Origin: Methanococcus maripaludis | Lineage (GTDB): Archaea > AGJL01 > Methanococci > Methanococcales > Methanococcaceae | NCBI RefSeq assembly: GCF_002945325.1 | Contig: NZ_CP026606.1 | Location: forward strand, 1,140,001 to 1,172,000 | Direction of reading: 5' to 3' | Length of the DNA stretch: 32,000 nucleotides | Shown here: one piece after another, positions 9,230 to 20,642 of the stretch | How positions within the stretch are numbered: the stretch's first letter is position 1 | Layout: each line of letters starts with the position of its first letter | Translations under genes and position numbers: made by a program | The notes under the pieces: generated by a model | Database searches by the model: none | Told to the model about the DNA's origin: nothing | Seen by the model: only the letters and a program-made list of their open reading frames with translations

Positions 9230-10330
9230 TTAATTTGCTTTTTCAGCTTTAGATTTAATTCCAAGTTCAACCATTTCATCAAAGAGGAATCTTGCATCAT
9301 GTGGTCCAGGACCCGCTTCTGGGTGGTACTGAACACTCCATACGGTATTTTTGAGATCACTTGATTCAATTTTTCTTATTCCTTCAACGGTATCGTCGTT
9401 TAAATTCATGTGCATCAATTCAGAACCTGCCGGAACTATTTTATCGTCAGTAGCAAACCCGTGGTTTTGTGATGTGATGTATACTTTTCCCGATTCAACA
9501 TCTTTTACTGGCTGGTTTCCGCCCCTGTGACCGAATTTTAATTTGTATGTTTTTCCACCAAGTGCAATTGTAATTATCTGGTGTCCAAGACAAATTCCTG
9601 TAACTGGAAGTGTTCCAATTAAGTTTTTAACAGTATCTACTGTTTCAGTCATGTTTTCAGGGTCTCCAGGGCCATTTGACACAAGTACAAAGTCTGGATT
9701 GTATGATATAATTTCTTCTTCTTTAGAATTGTATGGAACTTTTACAACACTGCATCCTCTTTCAACTAGGCAGTCTACAATGCTCTGTTTTACACCGCAG
9801 TCAATAAGAACACATCTGGTTTTTTCATCTTCTGCGCTGTATTCAACTGTTTCTTTGGTTGACACTTCAGGAACAAGGTCAATTTCTGAGATATCTGGAT
9901 AATCTACTACTTTTTTGATTAATTCTGTTTCTTCATCTTTACTTATCGGGTTGGTGGACGTTTTTAAGAGTGATCTGATGACCCCTTTTGATCTTATTTT
10001 TCTTGTTATGTATCTTGTGTCTACGCCTGAAATTCCTGGAATATTATATTCTTTTAAAAATTCGTCGAGTTCTTTTCCAGTAATATCTTTTACAACGAAT
10101 CCTTCTGCTTTAATTCCATCGCTTTCAAACCATTCCTTTTCGACACCGTAGTTTCCTTCTAAAGGATACGTCATTGTAATAATCTGGCCTTTGTAAGATG
10201 GGTCAGTTAATATTTCAACGTATCCTGTCATGGAAGTGTTAAATACGAGTTCACCGAGGACTTCCGATTCTGCGCCAAATCCTTCTCCTCGGATGATTGT
10301 GCCGTCTTCCAAAACTAAAATTCCGTACAT
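9230..10330 (-). CDS. carA: Carbamoyl-phosphate synthase small (glutamine amidotransferase) subunit
   Basis: [19 protein letters not shown].. N-terminus. GATase catalytic Cys in GICLGHQ and the HPE motif (VQYHPEA). ATG at 10330 is preferred over 10342 because GGTGG lies 5 nt upstream of it. Confidence 0.92.
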   Translation of the reverse strand: MYGILVLEDGTIIRGEGFGAESEVLGELVFNTSMTGYVEILTDPSYKGQIITMTYPLEGNYGVEKEWFESDGIKAEGFVVKDITGKELDEFLKEYNIPGISGVDTRYITRKIRSKGVIRSLLKTSTNPISKDEETELIKKVVDYPDISEIDLVPEVSTKETVEYSAEDEKTRCVLIDCGVKQSIVDCLVERGCSVVKVPYNSKEEEIISYNPDFVLVSNGPGDPENMTETVDTVKNLIGTLPVTGICLGHQIITIALGGKTYKLKFGHRGGNQPVKDVESGKVYITSQNHGFATDDKIVPAGSELMHMNLNDDTVEGIRKIESSDLKNTVWSVQYHPEAGPGPHDARFLFDEMVELGIKSKAEKAN

Positions 10331-10472
10331 CAATTCCACCATAATTTTTCTATAAGTTTGTTATCATGCTATTTATCAGTTAGGTTAGTTCGAGTAGTTA
10401 TTTAAATTATTAGTCATAATTATTTTGTGTAATTTGAGATGTGTAGTAAATTGTATTCATTTAGGTGATTAA

Positions 10473-12044
10473 ATGTCAAAAATACTTATAACTGACCCGC
10501 TGCATGAAAGTGCCGTTGAAATATTAAAACAGGCAGGCGAAGTTGAAGTTGCAACTGGGTTAAATGTTGAAGAGCTAAAATTAAAAATTAAAGATGTAGA
10601 TGCGCTGGTAATTAGAAGTGGAACAACTGCTACAAGAGAAATTATCGAAGCATCAGAAAATTTAAAAGTTATTGCAAGAGCTGGAGTTGGTGTAGATAAC
10701 GTAGATTTAGATGCAGCAACAGAAAAAGGAATAGTTGTGGTAAATGCACCAGATGCATCGTCAATTTCAGTTGCAGAACTTTTATTTGGTATGATGCTCG
10801 CAGCAGCAAGAAATATCCCTCAAGCTACTGCATCAATTAAAAGCGGTAAATGGGACAGGAAATCATTTAAGGGAATGGAAATTTACGGAAAAACGCTCGG
10901 AATTGTTGGTCTTGGTAGGATTGGACAGCAAGTAGCAAAAAGAGCTCAAGCTTTTGGAATGACAATTGTTGCATATGATCCATATATTCCAGAAGATGTT
11001 GCATCAGAACTTGGAATAAAATTGTTAACTGTAGATGAACTCTGTACTGTAAGTGACTTTATAACACTTCACGTTCCATTAACTCCCAAAACAAAACACA
11101 TGATTGGAAAAGAGCAGATTGCACTCATGAAAAGCAACATGGTTATCATGAACTGCGCAAGAGGGGGATTAATCGACGAAGTTGCACTTTATGATGCATT
11201 AAACAGTGGAAAAATCAAAGCAGCAGCTCTCGATGTATTCGAACAAGAACCTCCAAAAGAAAGCCCTCTTTTAACACTTAATAATTTAATCGGAACTCCA
11301 CATCAAGGTGCTTCAACAGAAGAAGCACAATTGAGTGCAGGAACAATTGTTGCGGAACAAACGGTTAAAATATTAAAAGGGGAATCTGCAGAAAATGTTG
11401 TAAACCTTCCAATGGTTCCAACTGAAAAAATGAAAAAATTAAAACCATACATGGTTTTAGCGGAAAAAATGGGTTCAATGGCAATACAGTACCTTGATAA
11501 CTCGATAGAACTTTTAGAAATCACCTACATGGGCGGTCTTGCAAAAGAAAAGACTGAAATACTCAAAAGGTCATTTTTAAAAGGTATTTTAGCCCCAATA
11601 TTACTTGCAGGTGTTAATTTAGTAAATGCACCAGTAATTGCAAAGAGCAGGAACATAAAAATTGCAGAAGGAACAATGTCTGAAAGCGACTATGGAAATT
11701 CAATAAAAATTTCTGCAAAAGGGGAAAACGACGAAATTTCAATAATTGGAAGTATTGAACATAACGAAGTCGTGTTTAGAGAAATTAATGGGTACAGAAT
11801 GGATATAAAACCTGAAGGAACAATCTGTATAATAAAACACATCGACAGACCCGGAATGGTTGGAAAAGTTGGAGTTCTTCTCGGTGAACACGGAATAAAC
11901 ATTGCAGGAATGCAAGTTGGAAGAAGAGAGCCTGGAGGACACAGCATAATGTTTTTAGATATTGACCACATGATTTCAGATGAGGTACTCGATGAAATCA
12001 GGAAAATGGAAAACGTAAGGGCTGCAAAATCAATAAACATCTAA
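10473..12044 (+). CDS. serA: D-3-phosphoglycerate dehydrogenase with C-terminal ACT domain
   Basis: NAD-binding motif [13 protein letters not shown]. 2-hydroxyacid dehydrogenase signatures. 523 aa with a C-terminal ACT-like region ([27 protein letters not shown]). Confidence 0.92.
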   Translation: MSKILITDPLHESAVEILKQAGEVEVATGLNVEELKLKIKDVDALVIRSGTTATREIIEASENLKVIARAGVGVDNVDLDAATEKGIVVVNAPDASSISVAELLFGMMLAAARNIPQATASIKSGKWDRKSFKGMEIYGKTLGIVGLGRIGQQVAKRAQAFGMTIVAYDPYIPEDVASELGIKLLTVDELCTVSDFITLHVPLTPKTKHMIGKEQIALMKSNMVIMNCARGGLIDEVALYDALNSGKIKAAALDVFEQEPPKESPLLTLNNLIGTPHQGASTEEAQLSAGTIVAEQTVKILKGESAENVVNLPMVPTEKMKKLKPYMVLAEKMGSMAIQYLDNSIELLEITYMGGLAKEKTEILKRSFLKGILAPILLAGVNLVNAPVIAKSRNIKIAEGTMSESDYGNSIKISAKGENDEISIIGSIEHNEVVFREINGYRMDIKPEGTICIIKHIDRPGMVGKVGVLLGEHGINIAGMQVGRREPGGHSIMFLDIDHMISDEVLDEIRKMENVRAAKSINI

Positions 12045-12076
12045 TTTAATTTTTTTTAATTTTTCGGGGGCAGGAT

Positions 12077-12490
12077 ATGGAAGGAGTAATTCTTGGACTA
12101 CTTGCTGCAGTTTTATATGGTATAGGTACTTTTTTTGCAAAAGTTGTTTCAAATGAGGATCCGTATCTTCAGTGGATCATTGTAAATATTGTTGGAATTG
12201 TTTTATGTGTTATATTATTTGGAGGAAAGTGCAGAAATTTACTCGATTACCCAAATAAAGTTTTAATTTACGGGGCAATTGCTGCAGTTCTTGTGATACT
12301 TGGAACACTTGCACTTTATTATGGATTAAACAAGGGAAAGGCGAGCGTTGTAGTACCTTTATCTTCAATAGGGCCTGCAATAACCACGGTTCTGGCAATA
12401 ATTTTTTTAAAAGAGCAGTTAACATTTACCCAGATAGCGGGAATTGCAATGATATTAAGCGGAGTAATTGTACTCTCAATTAACAGTTAA
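12077..12490 (+). CDS. Small EamA-domain (DMT superfamily) membrane protein
   Basis: 137 aa, about 4-5 hydrophobic helices. The C-terminal ..IFLKEQLTFTQIAGIAMILSGVIVL is typical of an EamA repeat. Confidence 0.65.
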   Translation: MEGVILGLLAAVLYGIGTFFAKVVSNEDPYLQWIIVNIVGIVLCVILFGGKCRNLLDYPNKVLIYGAIAAVLVILGTLALYYGLNKGKASVVVPLSSIGPAITTVLAIIFLKEQLTFTQIAGIAMILSGVIVLSINS

Positions 12491-12512
12491 AATAGAATAA
12501 AAAAATTTTTAA

Positions 12513-12755
12513 TTAAATTCCGAGGTATTTTTTAGCGCCTTGGGATCCGATCTGTAATTTAATAGCATTTAATACTTCTTTTACATCTTCAACGTTTTCA
12601 GCATCGTTTAAAGCTTTCCTAAATGTTTCCTTTTTTTCTTCTGTAACTAAGCCGATTAAATATTCGACAGTTGTTACAAGTTCTATGTATCTACCATCTT
12701 GGGAGATTTGTGATTCTATTTCCTCAATAGTTTTCATTACATTTTCAGATACCAA
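12513..12755 (-). CDS. Small acidic hypothetical protein
   Basis: 80-codon ORF. The TTG at 12755 is preceded by GGTGAT. An alternative ATG at 12737 (MKTIEEIES..) makes the start ambiguous. No family recognised. Confidence 0.45.
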   Translation of the reverse strand: MVSENVMKTIEEIESQISQDGRYIELVTTVEYLIGLVTEEKKETFRKALNDAENVEDVKEVLNAIKLQIGSQGAKKYLGI

Positions 12756-12857
12756 ATTATCACCACGATTCTTACTTTTTACAGATATGTTTATTTTTAT
12801 ATTTAAATTTTAACATTTGATTTTGTATGCACGCTTATTTTTGAAAATATTGACGTA

Positions 12858-13706
12858 TTATTTGCTTATGGTAAGTATCAATTCACGAATGATTTTTGCT
12901 GCGGTAACAGATGTAATCTTGCCGATGTCGTAATGAGGTGAAACTTCAACCACGTCAAAACCAACAATTTTTTCTTTAATTTCTTCCAAAAGATAAAGTG
13001 AGTTTATAAGCTCTTTTGGTGTAAATCCGCAAGGTTCTGGAGTTCCAGTTCCTGGTACAAATGCAGGGTCGAGTACATCAATATCGATTGTTACGTAAAC
13101 TGGTTTTTCAAGTTCTTTGATCTTTTTGATATCGTCTTTTGTGGGCATTTCCATTGAAATATTGGTATTTTTCCATCCAAATTCCCATTCATCCTGGTCG
13201 CCACTTCTAATTCCAAACTGGAAGATATCTTCTGTTAAATCGTAAGTTCTCCTAATTACACTTGCATGGGACTGTTCGTTACCCATGTATTCTTCCCTTA
13301 AATCGCAGTGAGCATCGAAATGAATTACTGCAAAGTCATCATAAACCGATTTTACAGCTTTTACAACGGGGTATGTTACAGAATGTTCTCCACCAATCAT
13401 TACAGGTATTTTTTTAGCTTCTAAAATATCTTTTGAAGCACCATATGCCCGATTTATGATTTCAGACTGATTTCCTTCCATTAAAAGATTGTATTTGTCG
13501 CAAATTTTTACATCGATTAAATCTTTTTTTAAAATTGGGCTAAATGTTTCAAGTCCCCATGAAGCGTTTCTAACTTCATCAGGCCCAAATCTTGCGCCTG
13601 GTTTGTATGATGTTGTAGCATCGAAAGGGATTCCAAAAATAACAAAATCAGCATCGTTAAATGTATCATAAGCTGTGAGAAACTTGGAATAATCTTCAAA
13701 ATACAT
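12858..13706 (-). CDS. speB: Agmatinase (ureohydrolase family)
   Basis: Arginase-family Mn-binding motifs [16 protein letters not shown] and [27 protein letters not shown] upstream. Confidence 0.9.
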   Translation of the reverse strand: MYFEDYSKFLTAYDTFNDADFVIFGIPFDATTSYKPGARFGPDEVRNASWGLETFSPILKKDLIDVKICDKYNLLMEGNQSEIINRAYGASKDILEAKKIPVMIGGEHSVTYPVVKAVKSVYDDFAVIHFDAHCDLREEYMGNEQSHASVIRRTYDLTEDIFQFGIRSGDQDEWEFGWKNTNISMEMPTKDDIKKIKELEKPVYVTIDIDVLDPAFVPGTGTPEPCGFTPKELINSLYLLEEIKEKIVGFDVVEVSPHYDIGKITSVTAAKIIRELILTISK

Positions 13707-13742
13707 GAATTATCACCAAAAAAACAATAAAAAAGTTAAGAA

Positions 13743-14585
13743 TTATTCTTTTAAGTATCTAGGTGTTGCTAAAAATACTCCCTTGTGAACGTCCTGGTCG
13801 TAGTATTTTGTAGTCATATCTTTTAATTTAGTTTCAATTTCTGAAACATCGGAATTTAATGGATCGTTTTTCTTTGAAGCTAAGGTAAAGCTCCAAAATC
13901 CGCTAGGGTATGTTGGAATACTACATACGAGTGGTCTTATTACTGAAAAGCCAGCATCTTTTAAGTGTCCTTTGATTTTATTTATCAATTTTTCATGTAA
14001 AAGTGGGCTTTCTGTCTGTTGAACCATGATTCCGTCATCATTTAAGCATTTGTAGAGGTTGTTGTAGAATTCTTTTTCGAATAATCCTGCAGCAGGGCCA
14101 ACTGGGTCTGGGCAGTCTACGAGGATTACGTCGTATTTTTCAGAAGTTTCTGCAACGTATTTAATTCCATCCGTAATCATCGTGTTTACTTTCTCGTTGT
14201 CTATTTCGCAGCTTAAGGTTGGAAGGAATTTTTTTGCAACTTCTACAACCTGTCCATCGAGTTCAACAAAATCTATTTTTTCAACGCTTTTATGTTTTAA
14301 AACTTCCCTAACAGATCCGCCATCTCCTCCACCAATGACAAGAACTTTTTTAGGGTTTCCGTGCGTAAAGAGTGCAGGGTGTGAAATCAATTCGTGGTAT
14401 ATAAATTCATCTCTTTCAGTAGTTTGGTACGTGTTTTCTAAAATCAAGACTCTTCCAAACTCGTAAGTGTCAAGAACTTGAATTTCTTGGTATTCTGAGT
14501 GCCCAACATAAAGTATGTCTTTTAATTTGGTTGAAAGGCTTAAATTTTCAGTTTGTGGTTCCGTATACCATGCATCGAATTTCAT
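13743..14585 (-). CDS. speE: Spermidine synthase (polyamine aminopropyltransferase)
   Basis: [22 protein letters not shown] and [10 protein letters not shown] motifs of the spermidine synthase family. The start overlaps the speH stop (ATGA at 14582..14585). Confidence 0.9.
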   Translation of the reverse strand: MKFDAWYTEPQTENLSLSTKLKDILYVGHSEYQEIQVLDTYEFGRVLILENTYQTTERDEFIYHELISHPALFTHGNPKKVLVIGGGDGGSVREVLKHKSVEKIDFVELDGQVVEVAKKFLPTLSCEIDNEKVNTMITDGIKYVAETSEKYDVILVDCPDPVGPAAGLFEKEFYNNLYKCLNDDGIMVQQTESPLLHEKLINKIKGHLKDAGFSVIRPLVCSIPTYPSGFWSFTLASKKNDPLNSDVSEIETKLKDMTTKYYDQDVHKGVFLATPRYLKE

Positions 14586-14950
14586 TCTTTCACCTCCCCG
14601 TCATTAATAATTCCTCTTTTGATATCCATAACTTCTGTTTTCTCAGGTTTTAAGAATTTTTCAATTTCTGGGATTGTATCCTCAGGTTTAACGTGTTCCC
14701 CGCAGGTAAATACGTCCATTGCAGCGTATCCAAGTTCCGGCCAAGTGTGAATACTTATGTGGCTTTCAGATAATACTGCAACCCCAGTTACCCCCTGGGG
14801 TGAGAATTTGTGTGTTTTTACACAGATTAATGTAGCTCCGCATGCTTTTACTGCATTAACAAGCATTTTTTCTATGCCTGGTTGGTCATCCAGGGCTTGA
14901 CTCTCGCATCCCCAAAGTTCGAGGATGATGTGTTTTCCTAACTGTTTCAA
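14582..14950 (-). CDS. speH: S-adenosylmethionine decarboxylase proenzyme (pyruvoyl, class 1)
   Basis: [16 protein letters not shown]-terminus. Self-processing site [16 protein letters not shown] start at 14950 with GAGG upstream. Confidence 0.9.
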   Translation of the reverse strand: MKQLGKHIILELWGCESQALDDQPGIEKMLVNAVKACGATLICVKTHKFSPQGVTGVAVLSESHISIHTWPELGYAAMDVFTCGEHVKPEDTIPEIEKFLKPEKTEVMDIKRGIINDGEVKE

Positions 14951-15073
14951 CGGTCTCGCCTCTTTTAGCGTTTTTGAAATTTATGTTTTTTTGGACAGTT
15001 CTTTTTAAAATCATGGTTTCAATATCCCACATATGTGAACTTTTATTATAGTTCTAAATTACAACTATATATC

Positions 15074-15580
15074 TTATTTGTACCAGAGTGCTGCAGCTGC
15101 AAATGCGCATCCGATATTTTCAACAGTGTGTTCTGAAGCGATTGAGATTATTTCGTCAATTTCCCAACATCTCATTTCGAAACCTTCTTTAGCCATATTT
15201 CTAACGGTATCTTCACATTCTTTTTTACCGCCAACGCATTCGTATTCCATGATAAGTCCACATAATTCTTTATCTTTTGGAATTGCAACGCTGATACCTG
15301 CTGCAACGGTTTCACCTTTTACTTCGCTTATCTGGTAACCGTATGCGGTAGGAACAAGTGAACCTTGCGGTATTTTTGGGAGTGGAATAATGTCTGCTTT
15401 TGGAGGCATAATGCTGCTAATTCTGATCAGGTTTAAGTTTCCGATACCAGATTTTAACAACGACATGTCGAAAGCATTTAATGGGTTGTTTGCATCACCA
15501 GTTCCTGCAACAAGGGAAATCGTGTTTGGAGCTTCGAATGGGGAGTGTATTGCACTTGATTTAATCATAAGACTAGACAC
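15074..15580 (-). CDS. pdaD: Pyruvoyl-dependent arginine decarboxylase
   Basis: [34 protein letters not shown] matches the PdaD family, including the Ser-Ser self-cleavage site. SD GAGAGGTG upstream. Confidence 0.9.
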   Translation of the reverse strand: MSSLMIKSSAIHSPFEAPNTISLVAGTGDANNPLNAFDMSLLKSGIGNLNLIRISSIMPPKADIIPLPKIPQGSLVPTAYGYQISEVKGETVAAGISVAIPKDKELCGLIMEYECVGGKKECEDTVRNMAKEGFEMRCWEIDEIISIASEHTVENIGCAFAAAALWYK

Positions 15581-15749
15581 CTCTCGTATTTTTTAAATTT
15601 TTGAGTTTTAAATAGCTATGCAAAATAGAGAATAATAATTATCAAACTAAATAAAAGATTATCATATATAAATCATTCGGTCGCAAAAATAAAAGGAATA
15701 AAGCGGTATTATTTAATTATTTCGGGAAATATTCAATCTTTTCTTTTGA

Positions 15750-17654
15750 TTACTGGTTATCATTGAAACAATTTAAAAATTTAGAGTATGCATCGTCCTT
15801 TATCAATAAATTTTTGGAACCGACAACTATCAACTTTCGCTTTGCCCGAGTAACTGCAACGTTTAATCTTCTAAGGTCTTTTAAAAATCCCATTTTATCA
15901 GTTCGAACAAATGAAATCACTATTACTTCATTTTCTCGGCCCTGAAACCCATCAACGGATTTAACATCTATTTTATCCGTATTTAGCATTTTGGAGATAT
16001 ATTTTACCTGTGCATCGTACGGAGTTATTACACTTACCGGAATTTCATATTTTTGAAGTTTTGAGACAATTTCTAATACCTTTTCGGCTTCTTCAACGTT
16101 GTATGATGATTTAAATGAATCCTGTTGTTCTTCTCCATCAACATTTATAAATTGAAGCGGTTTTTCATTTATGATGTCATTATCTTCGTTTGAAACATTT
16201 TCTACAATCTCAAGTAAATTATGCGATTTTACAGATTCGTGTGCAATAAGCTTATTTTCGTAGAACATTTCGTTTGAAAATTCCATGATTTTTTCATTCA
16301 TCCTGTACTGAACTTGGAGGATCTTTGAAAATTCAGGATTTTCATGAATCATTCTTTCAAAAAGTGTTTTTTTAAGTTCCAATTCATCACTGAGAACGGT
16401 TGGTGGAAGTTGTTTGTGATCTCCTGCAATAATTAATTTTCTCGATCTTACAATTGGGATTAATGAAGATGGTTCCGTTGACTGACTTCCTTCATCGATT
16501 ACGCAAACATCAAATTTGTAATCTTCTAAAATCTCGCTTCCTGCCATAGAATTTGTAGCAACAACAACATCACTGGTTGATATGATATCGTCAATTAGCT
16601 TTTTTTCAAATTTTTGGACATTTTCTTTTGTTTTAGCAATATTTTCGCTGCAAATTACCCAATCTGCCATCTGTTTAATGGTTTCTTTGGGAATTCCTCT
16701 TATATCTTTATTTAGCTTTGAAAAAATGATAATGTCATCATTACTCATTCCTCTTCGCCATTTTGGGTCAGGTCTTTGGAAATTTTTCCTCAAATCATAG
16801 TTTTTTTGAAGTTCTGTTTTTAGTTTTACTAATGTTGAGTAGTTTGGATGTTCCGTAATTTTGTTCTGTAAAGAATATTTCATTAATTTTTTAGAAATTC
16901 TTGAGGGGTGCCCTATTCTAACAATTTTGAAAGACTCGTGTTTTGAAATATTTGATAATATGTTATCAACTGCAATGTTTGAATCGGCAGTTGCAATGAC
17001 TTTGTTTTTCCTCAAAGCTTCCTGTAAAATTACTTCAGAAATGGTGCTGGTTTTTCCAGTTCCTGGAGGCCCGTGTATCAAATATAAATCTCTTGCACTA
17101 AGAGCTTCTAAAACCGCTTCTTTTTGATATTCGTTTAATCGATAGTCTAAAAAGCGAATTTCAGTTGATTTAGATTTTTGTGGACTATCTACGCTTAAAA
17201 TGATATCAATAAGCCGATTATCCGTACTATTAAATTTATCAAGTGCATTTAACATTCTTTTAAATGTAACGTCATTTACGTAGAGGTCGAGTCTTATATC
17301 GTTTAAAGCCCATTTAGGAACGATTTCCGTCGAAACATCTACGTGATTTGATCCAATTTCAATTACTGTTCCTAAAAGGTCGCTTTGAAGTGGGTTTCCT
17401 TTACTGATCAAAACGATATCTCCAACAGAAATATCGGTTTTCTTAAATTTTTCACTTCTTCCATACCTTACAATATATTCTCCAAAGAATTCTCTAAGAA
17501 CTTTTCCGTTTAAGTTTAAAATGGCCCTTCCAACGTTTTCACGTTTTATCCCCAATTTTTTAATTTCTTCTTTATGAAAATTTATTTCGTGGTCTCGCTC
17601 TTTTTTAACAAGTTCCTTAAATTTATTGACGTAAATCTGCTTTAAAGTCATCAT
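15750..17654 (-). CDS. Superfamily 1 DNA/RNA helicase, Upf1/Dna2-like (AAA_11/AAA_12)
   Basis: Walker A LIHGPPGTGKT, Walker B VIDEGSQ, then AGDHKQLPPT, QYRM, VDGFQGRENEVIVISFVR and RRLNVAVTRAKRKL. The track ORF starts at a TTG (17681). ATG-ATG at 17654/17651 is preferred. Confidence 0.85.
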   Translation of the reverse strand: MMTLKQIYVNKFKELVKKERDHEINFHKEEIKKLGIKRENVGRAILNLNGKVLREFFGEYIVRYGRSEKFKKTDISVGDIVLISKGNPLQSDLLGTVIEIGSNHVDVSTEIVPKWALNDIRLDLYVNDVTFKRMLNALDKFNSTDNRLIDIILSVDSPQKSKSTEIRFLDYRLNEYQKEAVLEALSARDLYLIHGPPGTGKTSTISEVILQEALRKNKVIATADSNIAVDNILSNISKHESFKIVRIGHPSRISKKLMKYSLQNKITEHPNYSTLVKLKTELQKNYDLRKNFQRPDPKWRRGMSNDDIIIFSKLNKDIRGIPKETIKQMADWVICSENIAKTKENVQKFEKKLIDDIISTSDVVVATNSMAGSEILEDYKFDVCVIDEGSQSTEPSSLIPIVRSRKLIIAGDHKQLPPTVLSDELELKKTLFERMIHENPEFSKILQVQYRMNEKIMEFSNEMFYENKLIAHESVKSHNLLEIVENVSNEDNDIINEKPLQFINVDGEEQQDSFKSSYNVEEAEKVLEIVSKLQKYEIPVSVITPYDAQVKYISKMLNTDKIDVKSVDGFQGRENEVIVISFVRTDKMGFLKDLRRLNVAVTRAKRKLIVVGSKNLLIKDDAYSKFLNCFNDNQ

Positions 17655-17772
17655 ATCACAAACATTATTAGTTACTAGCAATATATGTAGTAGTAATTTT
17701 TAAGATTATTCCTAAAAATCAGAAGTATTTTGGATTCTAATTTAAAAATTCCATATCTTTTTCGGTGATTTA

Positions 17773-19344
17773 ATGAAAATACTTGTTATAACTGGAAAGC
17801 AAGCTTTTAATAAAGTTTCATCTACAATCAAAAATTACGACTTTATAGACGTTTACGAAGCAAATATCTCAATTGCTGCTTTTTTAACTCCAAATTTGAT
17901 AATAAAAGAAATAAAAAAGCTTGAAGATGTAAAAAACAAAAAATTATCCGAAATATATGATTTTGTACTAGTAACTGGACTTATAAGACATGACTTGGCA
18001 AGAATTTACGAAGAAACTGGAATAAAATGTTTTAAATCAACAAGAGAAGCATCAGACATTCCAGTTTTAATAAAAAATATGGATAAAATTAATCTTTCAA
18101 CAGTAGATTATGCAGATTCGCAAATTTCTAAATTTATACGAGAAAATGCCCAAAAAGATATAGAAAATGCTGAAAAATTACCATTAAACCCGGGAAATAT
18201 CAAAATAGGAAATTTAAAAGTTGGAAACGATTACCCAATGAGGGTTCTCGGAGAAATTGTTCACGTTCCATGGCTTTCCAAAAAAGAACTCGAAGAAAAA
18301 GTAAATTATTATGTTGAATCCGGAGCAGACATGATTGATTTAGGAATGGTCAGCAATGAAGATTATTCTAAAGATTTAAAGCAGATAATAAAAACTGTAC
18401 GGGATATTACTGATAAACCTGTCAGTGTCGATACATTAAATACTAAAGAACTCATTGAAGCAGTGAATTTAGATGTTGACATGATTTTAAGTGTGGACTC
18501 AGGAAATTTCGATGAATTGCTTCCACATTTAAAAGAAAAAAACACGGTATCAGTTGTTCTTCCAACAAACTACAAAACAAACGAAGTTCCTGAGTCAATT
18601 TCAGAAAAAATTCAAAATATGGAAAAAATTCTTGAAAAATTTAAAGAAAATAATTTATTAGCAGTTGCAGACCCGATTTTAGAGCCGATAAATAACAGTG
18701 GTTGTAATTTCACAGAAAGTGTAATTGCATGCTACGAATTCAAAAAAAGAAATAATATTCCTATGTTTTTTGGAATTGGAAATGTTACAGAATTATTCGA
18801 TGTTGATAGCAACGGTGTAAATGCAAGTATTGCAGCAATTGGCCAAGAAGTTGGGGGAAATATTTTGTTTACTCCTGAAGCTTCTTCAAAGTGCAAATTT
18901 TCAATAAAAGAATTGAAAACCGCATCAAAAATGTTATTTTTGGCAAAAATGAGAAATTCGCTTCCAAAAGATGTGGGGTACGATTTAATAAACTACAAGG
19001 ATAAAAAATCCGACGAAGAGTTTGATTTGGAAGATGTAAAAATAATTGATGCAGTTGAAAATGAAAAACAACTTCTTGATGGGGGAAGCTTTAAAATCCG
19101 AGTTGATAGAAAAAATAAAGAAATAATTGCAACTTATTATGTAAAAAATCAACCAAAATTAATTATTAAAGGAAATGGTCCTAAAAAAATCTATGAAACT
19201 GCTTTAAGAGAAAATTTAATTACCAAAATGGATCACGCGGCATATTTTGGGAAAGAACTTAGAAATGCCGAACTTGCACTAAAACTTGGTAAAAAATACA
19301 ATCAAGACTTTGATCTGTTTTACAATGAATTTTGGAATCAATAA
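17773..19344 (+). CDS. Dihydropteroate synthase-related (pterin-binding) protein, archaeal type
   Basis: 523 aa. The central region has DHPS-like pterin-binding features (..VESGADMIDLG.., ..SVDT.., GIGNVTEL). This resembles the archaea-specific DHPS-related family found in methanogens. SD GGTGAT is 3 nt before the ATG. Confidence 0.6.
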   Translation: MKILVITGKQAFNKVSSTIKNYDFIDVYEANISIAAFLTPNLIIKEIKKLEDVKNKKLSEIYDFVLVTGLIRHDLARIYEETGIKCFKSTREASDIPVLIKNMDKINLSTVDYADSQISKFIRENAQKDIENAEKLPLNPGNIKIGNLKVGNDYPMRVLGEIVHVPWLSKKELEEKVNYYVESGADMIDLGMVSNEDYSKDLKQIIKTVRDITDKPVSVDTLNTKELIEAVNLDVDMILSVDSGNFDELLPHLKEKNTVSVVLPTNYKTNEVPESISEKIQNMEKILEKFKENNLLAVADPILEPINNSGCNFTESVIACYEFKKRNNIPMFFGIGNVTELFDVDSNGVNASIAAIGQEVGGNILFTPEASSKCKFSIKELKTASKMLFLAKMRNSLPKDVGYDLINYKDKKSDEEFDLEDVKIIDAVENEKQLLDGGSFKIRVDRKNKEIIATYYVKNQPKLIIKGNGPKKIYETALRENLITKMDHAAYFGKELRNAELALKLGKKYNQDFDLFYNEFWNQ

Positions 19345-19412
19345 AATATTATAAAACACTTAAAATACTGTTTTAATTTTTCAAAAAAGAATAGAAAAAG
19401 AAATTAATTTGA

Positions 19413-19868
19413 TTATTCGACCAATAATCTTGCAGTTTCTGGTGAGTATCTCCATTTAGCTGGCAATACTTTTGTACCTCGGTAGTACTTAACCAATCTT
19501 CTGATTTTTGATTCGATTAATTTTAAACCAACTGTTGAGTGTGTATCTCTTGGGTTGTTTTCCAAGTGGTTTCTCAAGTTGATTGCTTTTTTCATTAAGT
19601 TGAAGAGATCTTCTGGAACTTCTGCGTAAAATCCAGCTTCTTTCATGATTGATGAAACGCTTTTGCCGGTGATTAATTTTACGTTAGGAACTCCGTACAT
19701 ATCTCTTAAAATGTTTCCGATAATAGCTGACTGTTTACCGTCTTTTGCCATTTCAACGATTTTTGCTTCAATATCCTCAGCGCTCATTGAAACCCATTCT
19801 GGAACTTCTGTTCTTAATGGTCTCGTTGAACCGGAGGAACCTCTTTTTCCTGAGTGTAATCTTGCCAT
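19413..19868 (-). CDS. rps15: 30S ribosomal protein S15 (uS15, archaeal form)
   Basis: [17 protein letters not shown].. N-terminus and C-terminal ..[12 protein letters not shown] are typical of archaeal S15/S13e. SD GAGGAG upstream. Confidence 0.93.
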   Translation of the reverse strand: MARLHSGKRGSSGSTRPLRTEVPEWVSMSAEDIEAKIVEMAKDGKQSAIIGNILRDMYGVPNVKLITGKSVSSIMKEAGFYAEVPEDLFNLMKKAINLRNHLENNPRDTHSTVGLKLIESKIRRLVKYYRGTKVLPAKWRYSPETARLLVE

Positions 19869-19950
19869 TTATATCTCCTCTAGATGATTCCCAGTCCAAT
19901 GAGTAAGGTTGTTACCTAAGTCATTGACTTAATCCTGTTAGTTTGATATC

Positions 19951-19960
19951 TTATATATAA
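19951..19960 (-). promoter_or_regulatory. TATA box candidate of rps15
   Basis: ttatatataa lies 83-92 nt upstream of the rps15 ATG, implying a leader of about 55-60 nt. Confidence 0.45.
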
Positions 19961-19996
19961 TTATTGGGTATTCTTTAAGTTAAATTTATAGGCGGA

Positions 19997-20554
<558 letters not shown>

Positions 20555-20642
20555 TTAATAAGATAACGAAGTAAGAATTACTAAATAAAGTTATATTCTG
20601 TTTTTATATATTACTGTTTATTATTTCGAGACAGGTGATTTT

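Noticed and set aside
9230-10330. carA present without an adjacent carB.
   Set aside because: In Methanococcales the large subunit is, as far as I recall, encoded elsewhere, and it is split in Methanocaldococcus jannaschii. The absence here is therefore not evidence of pathway decay.
10343-10472. Short repeats (GTTAG-GTTAG, AATTAT-n5-ATAATT) in the carA/serA divergent promoter region.
   Set aside because: The arms are 5-6 bp in DNA that is more than 75% AT, which is within chance expectation. Nothing distinguishes them from background.
9543-12040. Long antisense ORFs inside carA (9543..9902, 9915..10151) and serA (11303..11524, 11690..12040, 11739..11942).
   Set aside because: They are fully contained in, and antisense to, genes with unmistakable family motifs. 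They are Ser/Pro/Ile-rich with no start context.
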